In this document: in pieces, positions 1-8,829 of the stretch
How the letters are laid out: every line of letters begins with the position of its first letter
Numbering within the stretch: the stretch's first letter is position 1
IMG/VR virus record: IMGVR_UViG_3300020050_009209
Reading direction: 5' to 3' (one strand)
DNA: 64,000 bases
Source of the DNA: a virus
Taxonomy: Duplodnaviria; Caudoviricetes
Position numbers and translations under genes: made by a program
The notes under the pieces: generated by a model
The model's database searches: none
Told to the model about the DNA's origin: nothing
What the model saw: only the letters and a program-made list of their open reading frames with translations

Positions 1-2
1 TT

Positions 3-1007
3 ATCGAGGTGTATGGTGCTGAGTCTAGCGGCAAGACTACCCTAGCTTTGGGGGCAATAGGGAATGTGCGTAAGATGGGAGGCACGTCCATGTTCCTGGA
101 CTTCGAGAACTCCCTGCACCATGGGTACGCTCAGAAAGTCATTGGAGGCCCCTTCAACGATACGGACACAATCTGCTATGCGCCTGACACGCTTGAAGAT
201 GGCTTCAAGATGCTGTACATCGCAATCAAGGCTGGATTCGACCTGATTGTTGTTGACTCTGTTGCGGCTATGATTCCGAAGAAGGAGCTGGACAAGAAGC
301 TAGGGGATGTTGCGGCTATTGGCGCCCTCGCACGAGCTATGTCGGAGAATATCTCTAAGCTCGTTCAGTGGCAGAAGAAGGCCCCAAACACAGTGGTTAT
401 GCTGCTGAATCAGATTCGGTCTACGATTACATCCGGACCTGGGGACAACGAGACTACAGCTGGTGGAAAGGCAGTGAAGTTCTACGCAACTCACCGTCTC
501 AAGCTCACTCGGATTCGTTCGGACATTATCGAGAGAGTCGATCTAAACACTGGCAAGAAGAAGAAGGTCCCATTCGGAAACGTCACCCTCGTGAAGGTGG
601 TGAAAAACAAGCTGGATGGTAAGCAGGGACATACGGCCGAAGTCTTCATTCGGTACGGGTACGGGCTAGACGAGTTCATGTCCCTCATTGAGTGCGGCAT
701 CCCAAGGAAAATTATCCACAAGGATGGTGCTACTTACACCTACAATGGTGAGAAGTTCAAGGGTAAGGATCGACTGCGCAAGTACCTCATTGAGAACCCT
801 AAAGCTGCTGCGGAGCTTCGCGCAAAGATCCACAAGGCCCTACTCCAGGAGAAACCTGAGGCGGCATCTCAGGAGGAAGACGTAGAGGATGACGACATCC
901 AGTCTGACTCGACGGCTGGAATCTCTGATGATGACCAAGCGGATAGTGGTATTGACGAGGAAGCGCTAGATGTAGCTATGTCCGCAGAAGAGCTTCCTGA
1001 GGGCTAA
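3..1007 (+). CDS. recA: RecA recombinase (5' end outside window), acidic C-terminal tail
   Basis: IEVYGAESSGKTT Walker A, IVVDSVAA Walker B, NQIR, TAGGKAVKFYA and VKVVKNK motifs. Confidence 0.95.
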   Translation: MEVYGAESSGKTTLALGAIGNVRKMGGTSMFLDFENSLHHGYAQKVIGGPFNDTDTICYAPDTLEDGFKMLYIAIKAGFDLIVVDSVAAMIPKKELDKKLGDVAAIGALARAMSENISKLVQWQKKAPNTVVMLLNQIRSTITSGPGDNETTAGGKAVKFYATHRLKLTRIRSDIIERVDLNTGKKKKVPFGNVTLVKVVKNKLDGKQGHTAEVFIRYGYGLDEFMSLIECGIPRKIIHKDGATYTYNGEKFKGKDRLRKYLIENPKAAAELRAKIHKALLQEKPEAASQEEDVEDDDIQSDSTAGISDDDQADSGIDEEALDVAMSAEELPEG

Positions 1008-2228
1008 ATGCTTGAAGTTGAGGTCAGAGGGTTTCAATCGATAGAGCATGTAAAGCTCCAGATTGATGGATTTACCGCACTAACGGGTAGGTCTAACATA
1101 GGTAAGAGTGCGTTCGTGAGGGCTATGAAAGTGGCCCTCACGAACTCAGGTGGAGTTGCCTTTGTTCGACACGCTATCGATTGCGCAAGAGCGCTAAGAG
1201 GAGCCAAAACCTGTAAGTGTCAATCCTCTGTTCATATCGTAGGTGAAGGCTTCGACTTACTGTGGGAAAAGGGGGATGCCGTCAACCGGTATGTGTTCAA
1301 TGGTAACACGTACGATAAACCGGGAGCTGGTACCCCAGATTTCCTTATGTCTAGTGGGTTTGCGCCTGTGAAGATAGGGGGTAACTCCGTACTGATTCAG
1401 GTGTCGGACCAATTTTACCCCATCTTCATGCTAGATCAGTCTGGCCCAGCAGCAGCAGAAGCTATCTCTGATGTGGCTAGCCTAGGTAGGGTAAATAGTG
1501 CTCTACGACTTGTGGAAAAAGATCGTAGAGAGGCTCTCGCTACTCAAAAGGTGCGGGATAAGGACCTAAAGGAGACCCAGGAGCACCTTACGCAATATGT
1601 CGACTTAGACCTAGGTTTGAGTTGTGTAGATGCTGTAGTTCAACAGCTCGCTACCGTAAGGGGGAAGCTCCGAGACCTAGATGAGGTGGATGGGTTCATC
1701 CTTGCCCTACAGGGCATCTCAGACAGGTTAAGGACCATATGGCGAATCAGCTCAGTGGTAACCCCAGAGTCCGAGTCCATCTCAGGTCCCCACCGTAGGC
1801 TGCTACAGATTCAGGAGTTTAACTCGGAGGTTGAGAAGCGAGAGGGTAGCCTAGCCAAACTCCTTCCCCTTCAGGGGCTACTGAACTCGACTAAGCTGGA
1901 TGTTGACTTGACCCTTGGGCATAAGCAATTACGTCAACTTAGTAACTGGGTACTTCGACTTAAGGACCTCAAGTTGAAGTTTGCTAGTCTTGAGCGAGCT
2001 GGAACGACTTGGCAGGGGGTAGGTGCAGCCGACCTTAACCTCTCTGCCCTTAAGCAGCTCCAGCAATTTCAAGTGAAGTTGGCCAGCCTACAGAAGACTA
2101 TTGCAGACATCGAAGCTCAAGTGTCTAACCTCGATCAAGTGGAGGTCGGGTTGCAGGCTGAGTTGGATGAAATAGGGGCGTGCCCAACCTGCCTACAAGC
2201 TATTCACGGAGAGCACCACCATGCCTAG
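1008..2228 (+). CDS. SbcC/Rad50-like ATPase, N-terminal half (Walker A, coiled coil, zinc hook)
   Basis: VRGFQS..GRSNIGKS Walker A, Q-loop (SDQF), long heptad region, ends just after a CPTC hook; no signature or Walker B motif. Confidence 0.85.
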   Translation: MLEVEVRGFQSIEHVKLQIDGFTALTGRSNIGKSAFVRAMKVALTNSGGVAFVRHAIDCARALRGAKTCKCQSSVHIVGEGFDLLWEKGDAVNRYVFNGNTYDKPGAGTPDFLMSSGFAPVKIGGNSVLIQVSDQFYPIFMLDQSGPAAAEAISDVASLGRVNSALRLVEKDRREALATQKVRDKDLKETQEHLTQYVDLDLGLSCVDAVVQQLATVRGKLRDLDEVDGFILALQGISDRLRTIWRISSVVTPESESISGPHRRLLQIQEFNSEVEKREGSLAKLLPLQGLLNSTKLDVDLTLGHKQLRQLSNWVLRLKDLKLKFASLERAGTTWQGVGAADLNLSALKQLQQFQVKLASLQKTIADIEAQVSNLDQVEVGLQAELDEIGACPTCLQAIHGEHHHA

Positions 2229-3198
2229 GGTTGCATTTGTATGTAGGACTGACACTCACTTGTCAGATCGAAGCCCCATTTCCTGGAAGGCCGACTACCC
2301 AATGGAGGTGTGGTCTAGCCTAGAGCAGGTAGGAGCCCTGGCTAAGAAGTGGGAAGCTAACGCTGTCCTGGATGCAGGGGATTACTTCCACGTAAAGGCT
2401 GCTACAAAGAATCCGCATCGACTAGTGGAGCGCTCTGCCAGGCTGCATCAAGGGTACTCATGTCCTACGTTCTGTGTGGAGGGTAATCACGACATAGCCT
2501 ACAACAACCTTGATACGCTCGCGGATCAGCCGCTTGGGGTACTGTACGCCACGAAGGTGTTCCAGCACCTGCGGGAGGAAGTCTTCCGAGATGGGAACTT
2601 ACAGGTCCGTGTGGTCGGGGTTCCCTACAGTCCGGTTCGTAAGCTGAGTGAGTTGTTGCAGATCCAAAAAAAGCCTGGAGATACTCACCTTATTGCCGTA
2701 GTTCACACGCTAGCATCGAAGACCCCTCCACCTCAAGTCGAGGACTTCTGGAACGAGCCAGTCTTCTCCTACGAGTCTCTAGTGAGTAGGAATGGGCCAG
2801 ATTGCTGGGTATTTGGGCATTGGCACAAGGATCAGGGTGTCGAAGAGATCTCAGGGGTAAAGTTCGTGAACAATGGTGCCCTATCGAGAGGTGCGCTCGT
2901 TCGAGAGAACCTAACTAGGATCCCTAAAGCCTCCATCATCGAGATCGATAACGGCAAGCTATCTGTCACGTCCTCTCTAATTTCCGTGGCGTCCGCTGAA
3001 GACGTGTTCGACTTGGAGCGAAAAGCTACTCAAGAGCGAGAACGTAAAGATATCGAGCAGTTTGTTCTACAGTTGATGATGAAGGGTGCTATTGACCCTA
3101 CGTCTAGCATCGAGGAGAACATTCGAACGCTTGGTTTTGCAGATGAGGTTCGGGATGCTGCTCTACGCTACTTTGAACTTGTTGACACAGTGGGGTAA
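2221..3198 (+). CDS. SbcD/Mre11-like metallophosphoesterase nuclease
   Basis: DTH, GDYFH, GNHD and GHWH calcineurin-like motifs; adjacent to SbcC-like gene. Confidence 0.9.
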   Translation: MPRVAFVCRTDTHLSDRSPISWKADYPMEVWSSLEQVGALAKKWEANAVLDAGDYFHVKAATKNPHRLVERSARLHQGYSCPTFCVEGNHDIAYNNLDTLADQPLGVLYATKVFQHLREEVFRDGNLQVRVVGVPYSPVRKLSELLQIQKKPGDTHLIAVVHTLASKTPPPQVEDFWNEPVFSYESLVSRNGPDCWVFGHWHKDQGVEEISGVKFVNNGALSRGALVRENLTRIPKASIIEIDNGKLSVTSSLISVASAEDVFDLERKATQERERKDIEQFVLQLMMKGAIDPTSSIEENIRTLGFADEVRDAALRYFELVDTVG

Positions 3199-3200
3199 TC

Positions 3201-4166
3201 GTGTACATTTCATACTCTGGTTACAAGTCTAACGAGCAGTGCCCGTTGTCCTACTGGCATCGGTATGTAAACAAGACGGTGCTAACTGCCCCAGATAACG
3301 GTGTGAATGCCCTCTACGGGATAATCATTGGCACGGTTTTCGAGATCTTCTATCGAGATCGAATTTGGAAGCACGTCAACTACGTAGATAAGTTGCAGGA
3401 TCTCGTTGAGCCCGTCTACCTTGAGTCCACAAAACCTCAAAAGGGTAGGGTTATTGACTGGGGGGACGAGAGGTCGAACTATGCAAGTAAAGAGGCCTTA
3501 CTAGTCGATGTTCGAGACTCTATCCCACGGGGCATAGACACTATCCGACGAAATAGGCTCGTTGGTAGGTATGCGGAGGCTGAGGTAAAGCTTGACACGA
3601 AGTTTGGGGAGCATCTTATTGGAGGTAGAGCTGACTTCCTAATCCAGAGGGTGGCTCCTGACGGTGACCTCGTGTTGCTTGACGGTAAGGGGTCAAAGCA
3701 CAGAGATAAGTATGTCGATGGGCACGCTAAGAAAGCTGGAAAGCAAGTAGAGGGTGTGCAGCTCAAGTGGTACGCCTTCCTGCATAGAGCTAAGCTAAAT
3801 AAGGTCCCTGACCAGCTAGGCTATGTCTTCTGGAGATTTGAGGGGGACGCTGCTATGGAGTGGATCCCGTTCACCAAGTTCGATCTAGACCAGCTTCAAC
3901 ACGAGGTGTTGTCAACGGTCGACAGGGTGTCCGGGTCAATCCAGAAGCTTGCTAAGGTGAGCGGTAAGGCTCAAGAGCACTCGGAGTTGCTACAGGAGTT
4001 GTTCCCAGCTCAGCCAGGTTGGCACTGTTCGTTGTGTTCGTACCTTCCGGTGTGTGAGGAGGGTAAGAAAAAAGTAGCTTCCATTCAAAATCAACAACGA
4101 AAACCTAGGCCTACCCTACCCCAGAGTGGTGTACTAGAGGATGGCCTGTCTCTAGATGAGGAGTGA
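3201..4166 (+). CDS. PD-(D/E)XK nuclease (RecB/AddB/Cas4-like) with probable Fe-S cysteines
   Basis: ISYS..QCP N-terminus, GRADF..LLDGK core, QLKWY, C-terminal CSLCSYLPVC. Confidence 0.8.
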   Translation: MYISYSGYKSNEQCPLSYWHRYVNKTVLTAPDNGVNALYGIIIGTVFEIFYRDRIWKHVNYVDKLQDLVEPVYLESTKPQKGRVIDWGDERSNYASKEALLVDVRDSIPRGIDTIRRNRLVGRYAEAEVKLDTKFGEHLIGGRADFLIQRVAPDGDLVLLDGKGSKHRDKYVDGHAKKAGKQVEGVQLKWYAFLHRAKLNKVPDQLGYVFWRFEGDAAMEWIPFTKFDLDQLQHEVLSTVDRVSGSIQKLAKVSGKAQEHSELLQELFPAQPGWHCSLCSYLPVCEEGKKKVASIQNQQRKPRPTLPQSGVLEDGLSLDEE

Positions 4167-4169
4167 GTC

Positions 4170-4448
4170 ATGTTAGCACCCGATGAACTTGAGCGTAAAA
4201 TTGCAGACCTTATCTCCAGGAACCAGCGGGTTCTTAAGCGTAAAACTGAGCTAGGGGGAGAGCTGAAGTCTAAGAAGGAGGAGCTGGCGAATCTCGTTGC
4301 AGAAATCAAAGCAGCTGGATACAACCCCAAGACTTTGGTGGAGGACCGAGACAAAACGCAGCAGGAGCTAGAGACCCTAATGCTCTCCTTTGAAAAGGGG
4401 CTGGTTGAAGCTGAGACCACAATCGAGGATTACGACAAGAAGAAGTAG
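4170..4448 (+). CDS. small coiled-coil protein
   Basis: 92-aa charged heptad-rich ORF with GAGGAG RBS, tightly packed in operon. Confidence 0.7.
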   Translation: MLAPDELERKIADLISRNQRVLKRKTELGGELKSKKEELANLVAEIKAAGYNPKTLVEDRDKTQQELETLMLSFEKGLVEAETTIEDYDKKK

Positions 4449-4452
4449 TCCG

Positions 4453-5649
4453 ATGAAATTTGCAGCAAACATTGCAGACTTACTGGAAGCCGTTAGTCTC
4501 GTTGGCATTGTCACCCCAGCGAAGGACTCTGGCTATCTATTCAAGGTAGTGGGCGAGCGTTGCTACGTCTACTCCAGTGATAGCCTGTGTGTGGCAAGAG
4601 CTGAGTTCGCTGTAAGCTCTGACGCGGATGGGGAGTTTATCTACCCCGTTGCGAACATCGACGCCTTGCGTTTCCTCGGTAAGCATACCGTTAGGTTTGA
4701 GACCGTGGAGGAGGAGGGGAAGTTCGTTGTACGCTACCAAGCGTCGAATGGGGCCAAGTCTGAGCGCACCACAAGGAACCCTAAGTCTCTATCCACTTGC
4801 GACCAGGAGCTGCAAAAAGCAGAGGAGGCTTACACTGTCCCAGCCAAGGTGCTCCAAAAAGCCCTTGTACTCAGCAAGCCCTTCATGGGTAAGGACGCCC
4901 CACAGGAGAAGTTCAGGTCCATACGGTTGCATACAGACCTGGGTGACGGATACCTTTGCGCCTCAGATGGGCAGAAGGCCTCCTTCTTTTGGTCTGAGGC
5001 CTTTCAGGGTAAGGCCTTCTCCGTCCACCAGCTCCACCTAGACAACCTGATAGGGTTTCTGGCAAAGAGTCCTGGGGAGATTCAGGTCCTCTTTGGGGCC
5101 CAGTTTACCTTTGTTCGAAACACGAAAGGTCAAGTGTTTGGCTGGCCAAAGTACGCAAATGCGGATGGTATTTTCAGCACTTACGCCCTAGATGTCGACT
5201 ACTTTGTTCTTGGGGTTGATCGGCAGCAACTGTACGGGACTCTTCAGTATCTGAAAAAAGAGCTGGAATCCAATTACGAGAAGGTGCGGATAGTCTACTC
5301 TCACGAGCAATGTAGCCTTGAGTTTGTGATTGCAGATGGGTCCTCTAAGGTCAAGAGCCCACCTACAGCCGTGAGGTTAAAGGCAAAACCGGACGGTGAG
5401 GTTTGGGCGTTGCCCGAAAGTTGGTCTTTCGATATCAGTTTAGACCATCTCATGTCCTTGGTTAAGGATAACCTCAGCCCTGAAGTGGAGCTGCGAGTGT
5501 GGTGGTGCCAAGTAGCTGAAGCTCGAAAACCAACTGGGGTTTTTCGCACTATAGATGAGTTTCGATTGGACTCCAATGGAGAGTCAGTCCCTGACTCGGA
5601 AGGTTCCGTGCTATGTCGAGTCATACGATTCATGTCCTCCCGAATGTAG
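4453..5649 (+). CDS. DNA polymerase III beta sliding clamp-like protein
   Basis: About 400 aa, MKFAANIADLLEAVSLV start, LCASDG motif, alternating beta/alpha pattern, replication context with DnaX. Confidence 0.65.
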   Translation: MKFAANIADLLEAVSLVGIVTPAKDSGYLFKVVGERCYVYSSDSLCVARAEFAVSSDADGEFIYPVANIDALRFLGKHTVRFETVEEEGKFVVRYQASNGAKSERTTRNPKSLSTCDQELQKAEEAYTVPAKVLQKALVLSKPFMGKDAPQEKFRSIRLHTDLGDGYLCASDGQKASFFWSEAFQGKAFSVHQLHLDNLIGFLAKSPGEIQVLFGAQFTFVRNTKGQVFGWPKYANADGIFSTYALDVDYFVLGVDRQQLYGTLQYLKKELESNYEKVRIVYSHEQCSLEFVIADGSSKVKSPPTAVRLKAKPDGEVWALPESWSFDISLDHLMSLVKDNLSPEVELRVWWCQVAEARKPTGVFRTIDEFRLDSNGESVPDSEGSVLCRVIRFMSSRM

Positions 5650-6311
5650 ACGCTCTAACCTTGCGTGTTCGTGCCCTACAGGACAAGGCGTTACGAGCTA
5701 AGACCATTCGAGACCAGCTGGTCACTACCGCGACTGCCAGAGAACTTGAGATCCTAGAGCTGAAAAAGAAGCAGGACATCCTAGTGAAGGTGTCCGAGCT
5801 GTACCGAACCCTTATGGATCGACTCGTCCTGCATCAGGTGAAGATGACAGAGGACATCGTTACAGAGGGGTTGAAGGCTATCTTTTTCGATCAAGACCTC
5901 AAGTTTAAGGCCGAAGTAACGTCCAAGTACAACAAGATAAGCGTTGAGTTCCTTATCTGTATCGGGGATCCGGACAATGGTGGGTTTGTAGGTGCCCCAT
6001 TGGAGTCCTTTGGGGGTGGTCCTGCTACGGTTGCCAGTCTCATTCTCCGTATCTTGACGCTTTTACGTCTCAAACGACAGAAGTTACTGTTACTAGATGA
6101 GACGCTTGCTGCGATATCGGATGAGTACATAGAGCCGACTGCTCAGTTCCTATCTAAGCTTGCAGGTGCAAGTGGATTGAATCTACTCTTAATTGCACAC
6201 AAAGCTGCTTGGTCGGACTATGCCAATAGCAGCTACCACGGGGATCTTAAGGCTGAGGTTGGCTCTAAGCCGAAACTCCACCTCAAAAAAGTACGAGGCC
6301 CTACGTGTTAA
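5613..6311 (+). CDS. SbcC/Rad50-like ATPase, C-terminal half
   Basis: Coiled coil, then ESFGGG signature, LLLLDE Walker B and IAH H-loop; no Walker A. Confidence 0.85.
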   Translation: MSSHTIHVLPNVDALTLRVRALQDKALRAKTIRDQLVTTATARELEILELKKKQDILVKVSELYRTLMDRLVLHQVKMTEDIVTEGLKAIFFDQDLKFKAEVTSKYNKISVEFLICIGDPDNGGFVGAPLESFGGGPATVASLILRILTLLRLKRQKLLLLDETLAAISDEYIEPTAQFLSKLAGASGLNLLLIAHKAAWSDYANSSYHGDLKAEVGSKPKLHLKKVRGPTC

Positions 6312-6979
6312 AGGTGCAGGTCGAACATAGGTTGAGTGAGCTACTAGCTAGTGCTCGTAATAGCTACATTGCAGAGTTTACCGAGTGCTTACCTCACCAC
6401 TGTGTGCACAACTACAGGCACTCCTTAGATCAACGAAAGCTGATTGGGTCAGAGGCTAACCCTGATTACAATCGGGTTACGTCATCGAAGCGCAGCTTGC
6501 CCGTCCTCCAAACAATTGGGCTGTGCATGTTAGGGTCCGACGATCCTGAGAGTTGGAGTGGGACTATCTGTGAGGAGCCTCTTGACGCCAAGCGTTGTGG
6601 TGACTTCACTTTAGCTCGCTCAGAGAGTGAACTTTTAGGTGAATTCGAGGCGTTGCTTCAGGACGATTCTTGGGTGGAGTTGAATCTCCCTCAGGTTCAT
6701 ACCCTACGTTGGGTCCTCTCACTGGAGGGTGGTGCCGACCCTAGCCCGATCCTCGTAGAGGCGCCACAGGCCACAGTAGAAGCGTCACAGGCCTCAGTTC
6801 TGTTCCCTTGTTGCCACTGTGGGGTACCCCTTGAAAACGAGTGGTCCCCTACCTCCTGCTGTCCCTCCTGCGACAAGACCCCAGAAGCGCTGCCGACTCT
6901 TGTAGAGACGTTGCCCCTCGTACCAGTAAGGGTCACCCTATGGGGTCGAATACTTCAATGGTTTCGGAGCTTTCGCTAG
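6305..6979 (+). CDS. Cys-rich hypothetical protein
   Basis: Overlaps neighbours in operon; CxxxC and CxxC clusters. Confidence 0.6.
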   Translation: MLKVQVEHRLSELLASARNSYIAEFTECLPHHCVHNYRHSLDQRKLIGSEANPDYNRVTSSKRSLPVLQTIGLCMLGSDDPESWSGTICEEPLDAKRCGDFTLARSESELLGEFEALLQDDSWVELNLPQVHTLRWVLSLEGGADPSPILVEAPQATVEASQASVLFPCCHCGVPLENEWSPTSCCPSCDKTPEALPTLVETLPLVPVRVTLWGRILQWFRSFR

Positions 6980-7564
6980 ATGCTATCTATCCTATCGCAG
7001 TTACTCGTTCCTGATCGACATCGACCTAAGTCTGCAAAGGTGGGCTTAGCAGTGCCGATGATGATTGAGTTGCCAGGGGTAAGTACAGCCAAACAGGCGC
7101 TTGCTACGAATACGAGGGGGGACTTCGTTCAAACTCGTAGGACGGCAGATGGTACTTTACGTCTAGGGTTGTTCGATTGCCCCTTGGAGGACGAACCCAA
7201 GGTACTAGCTAAGCTTTTCCGAACCCTTCAGAGGGAGGCTAAGTTAGAGGGATGGAAGACGTGCCACCCTGACTTGGTTTCAGCTCTGAGTAAGATGCGG
7301 GAGGTTGGTACGACCCCTAAGTCCGTGGTACTGGCTAGTGATCTAGCGAAAGCTGTCACAAACCATGAGCTAAAGGAGGGGGAGACTTTGACCTTGAGTG
7401 GGTTGAATGTAATCACCACGAACGGATTAGTGGACGGTCAGGCTATGGTGGCAGCTAACCCTACAGCTCTTGGGGTTTATGTGCGCATTGGAGACCAGCT
7501 TGGTATCCAATTGTACGATGTTCAACATAACCTCTACCTTGTTGACCCTAGCTATGTGGGTTGA
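6980..7564 (+). CDS. hypothetical protein
   Basis: 194-aa ORF abutting the upstream stop. Confidence 0.6.
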   Translation: MLSILSQLLVPDRHRPKSAKVGLAVPMMIELPGVSTAKQALATNTRGDFVQTRRTADGTLRLGLFDCPLEDEPKVLAKLFRTLQREAKLEGWKTCHPDLVSALSKMREVGTTPKSVVLASDLAKAVTNHELKEGETLTLSGLNVITTNGLVDGQAMVAANPTALGVYVRIGDQLGIQLYDVQHNLYLVDPSYVG

Positions 7565-8249
7565 TACGTTTACAGCTCACACTCACGAGCTACTCCTTAC
7601 CTCAGAGCCTGTTCTGGAGTTTCTTTGGGGTAGAGGAGTCTCTAACGATCAGATTGAATCGTTCAATCTCGGGTACTTTGATGGAGAGTTACCTCCAGCT
7701 CAGTACTCCAGCGAGTTCCTAGATTGGGCTAAGGGTGGCCTAAAGCTCAGGCAGACCCTCGTTTTCCCTTTGACGAATGCGCTAGGCAGTGTAAGAGGAG
7801 TTCAAGTACGAGCCTTGGACCGTAGCAAGTACTCTGACTTCTTCTTGACTAGCTCTGAGCCGGTACTATTCGGACTGGGGCAGGCAATGCCCCATATTTG
7901 GAAGGACGAGTCTACGATAGTCGTAGAGGGGGTGTTCGATTTATTCCCTGTCCAAAGAGTCAACCCCACGGTTGTATCCACCTTAACTGCAAAAGTCAGT
8001 GAGTCTTTTGCTCGCACGCTAAAACGAGTCGCTCACACCATTTACCCGTTCTACGATTCGGACGCGAAGGGTAGACATGGTGTAGAGGCTATACGCACCA
8101 AGTACGGTAGAGACCTTACTGTACGCCCTATCGAATACCCACTAGGCCTAAAGCTAATTGATGGTACCCCCATCAAAGATCCTGGTAACCTGTGGGAAGC
8201 CTTGGGTGATGAACGTTTCGCTCAATTTTTGACCCAACAACTGGAGTAA
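7554..8249 (+). CDS. DnaG-type primase catalytic/TOPRIM core lacking the N-terminal zinc-binding domain
   Basis: FLWGRGV..FNLGY, LVFPL, KY..LFG, IVVEGVFD, YDSDAKG and KDPG motifs. Confidence 0.85.
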   Translation: MWVDTFTAHTHELLLTSEPVLEFLWGRGVSNDQIESFNLGYFDGELPPAQYSSEFLDWAKGGLKLRQTLVFPLTNALGSVRGVQVRALDRSKYSDFFLTSSEPVLFGLGQAMPHIWKDESTIVVEGVFDLFPVQRVNPTVVSTLTAKVSESFARTLKRVAHTIYPFYDSDAKGRHGVEAIRTKYGRDLTVRPIEYPLGLKLIDGTPIKDPGNLWEALGDERFAQFLTQQLE

Positions 8250-8252
8250 GTT

Positions 8253-8738
8253 ATGCAAGTGTACGCTGAGGCTGAGGCTGTTCAGGCCATCGCAAACGAC
8301 CTAATCGCCACCTACCATCCAACCCTGGCTACGGCCAAGTTCAGGTTCCTCTTCAAGGAGAAGGCCTCGAAGAAGGGTGGTAAGGTTCAACCTGGGTCAG
8401 TGAAAAAACTCTCTGACCAGATGCTCTTCCTGATTGACGCCAACTTCCTAATGGAGATCCCTCTTGAGACATGGAATGAGATGGATGCCACGAAGCGAGT
8501 AGCTCTCATCGACCACCTACTGGAGCGCTGCGTAGGTGAGGAGGATGAAGATGGCGGTGGGGATATGAAGTGGTCTGTTCGAGAGCCAGACGTAAATGAG
8601 TTTGCTACAATCCTTCGTAGGTATGGGGCTTGGCACGATGACCTTGCCGCCTTTGTGTCTGTTGGGCAATCCATTGACTTGGGGTACCTAACTGAAGTAG
8701 AGTCAAGTACTGAGACCGTGCAAACCACCACAAACTAA
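8253..8738 (+). CDS. putative phage metallopeptidase-family protein (degenerate HExxH)
   Basis: W..MD...RVALIDHLLERC and PDVNEFATILRRYGAW pattern; GGAG RBS. Confidence 0.55.
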   Translation: MQVYAEAEAVQAIANDLIATYHPTLATAKFRFLFKEKASKKGGKVQPGSVKKLSDQMLFLIDANFLMEIPLETWNEMDATKRVALIDHLLERCVGEEDEDGGGDMKWSVREPDVNEFATILRRYGAWHDDLAAFVSVGQSIDLGYLTEVESSTETVQTTTN

Positions 8739-8761
8739 AGTTTGCTGGGTAAGCTCGCTAA

Positions 8762-8797
8762 GACAGGAGAGGGAAAGACTACTTCCCCTCTCCTGTC
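8762..8797 (+). terminator. 12-bp stem hairpin without a U tract; possible terminator or processing site
   Basis: GACAGGAGAGGG...CCCTCTCCTGTC perfect inverted repeat in an intergenic gap. Confidence 0.55.
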
Positions 8798-8829
8798 GTC
8801 TATGGTAGTAAAGACTTGAGGGGTGAATT

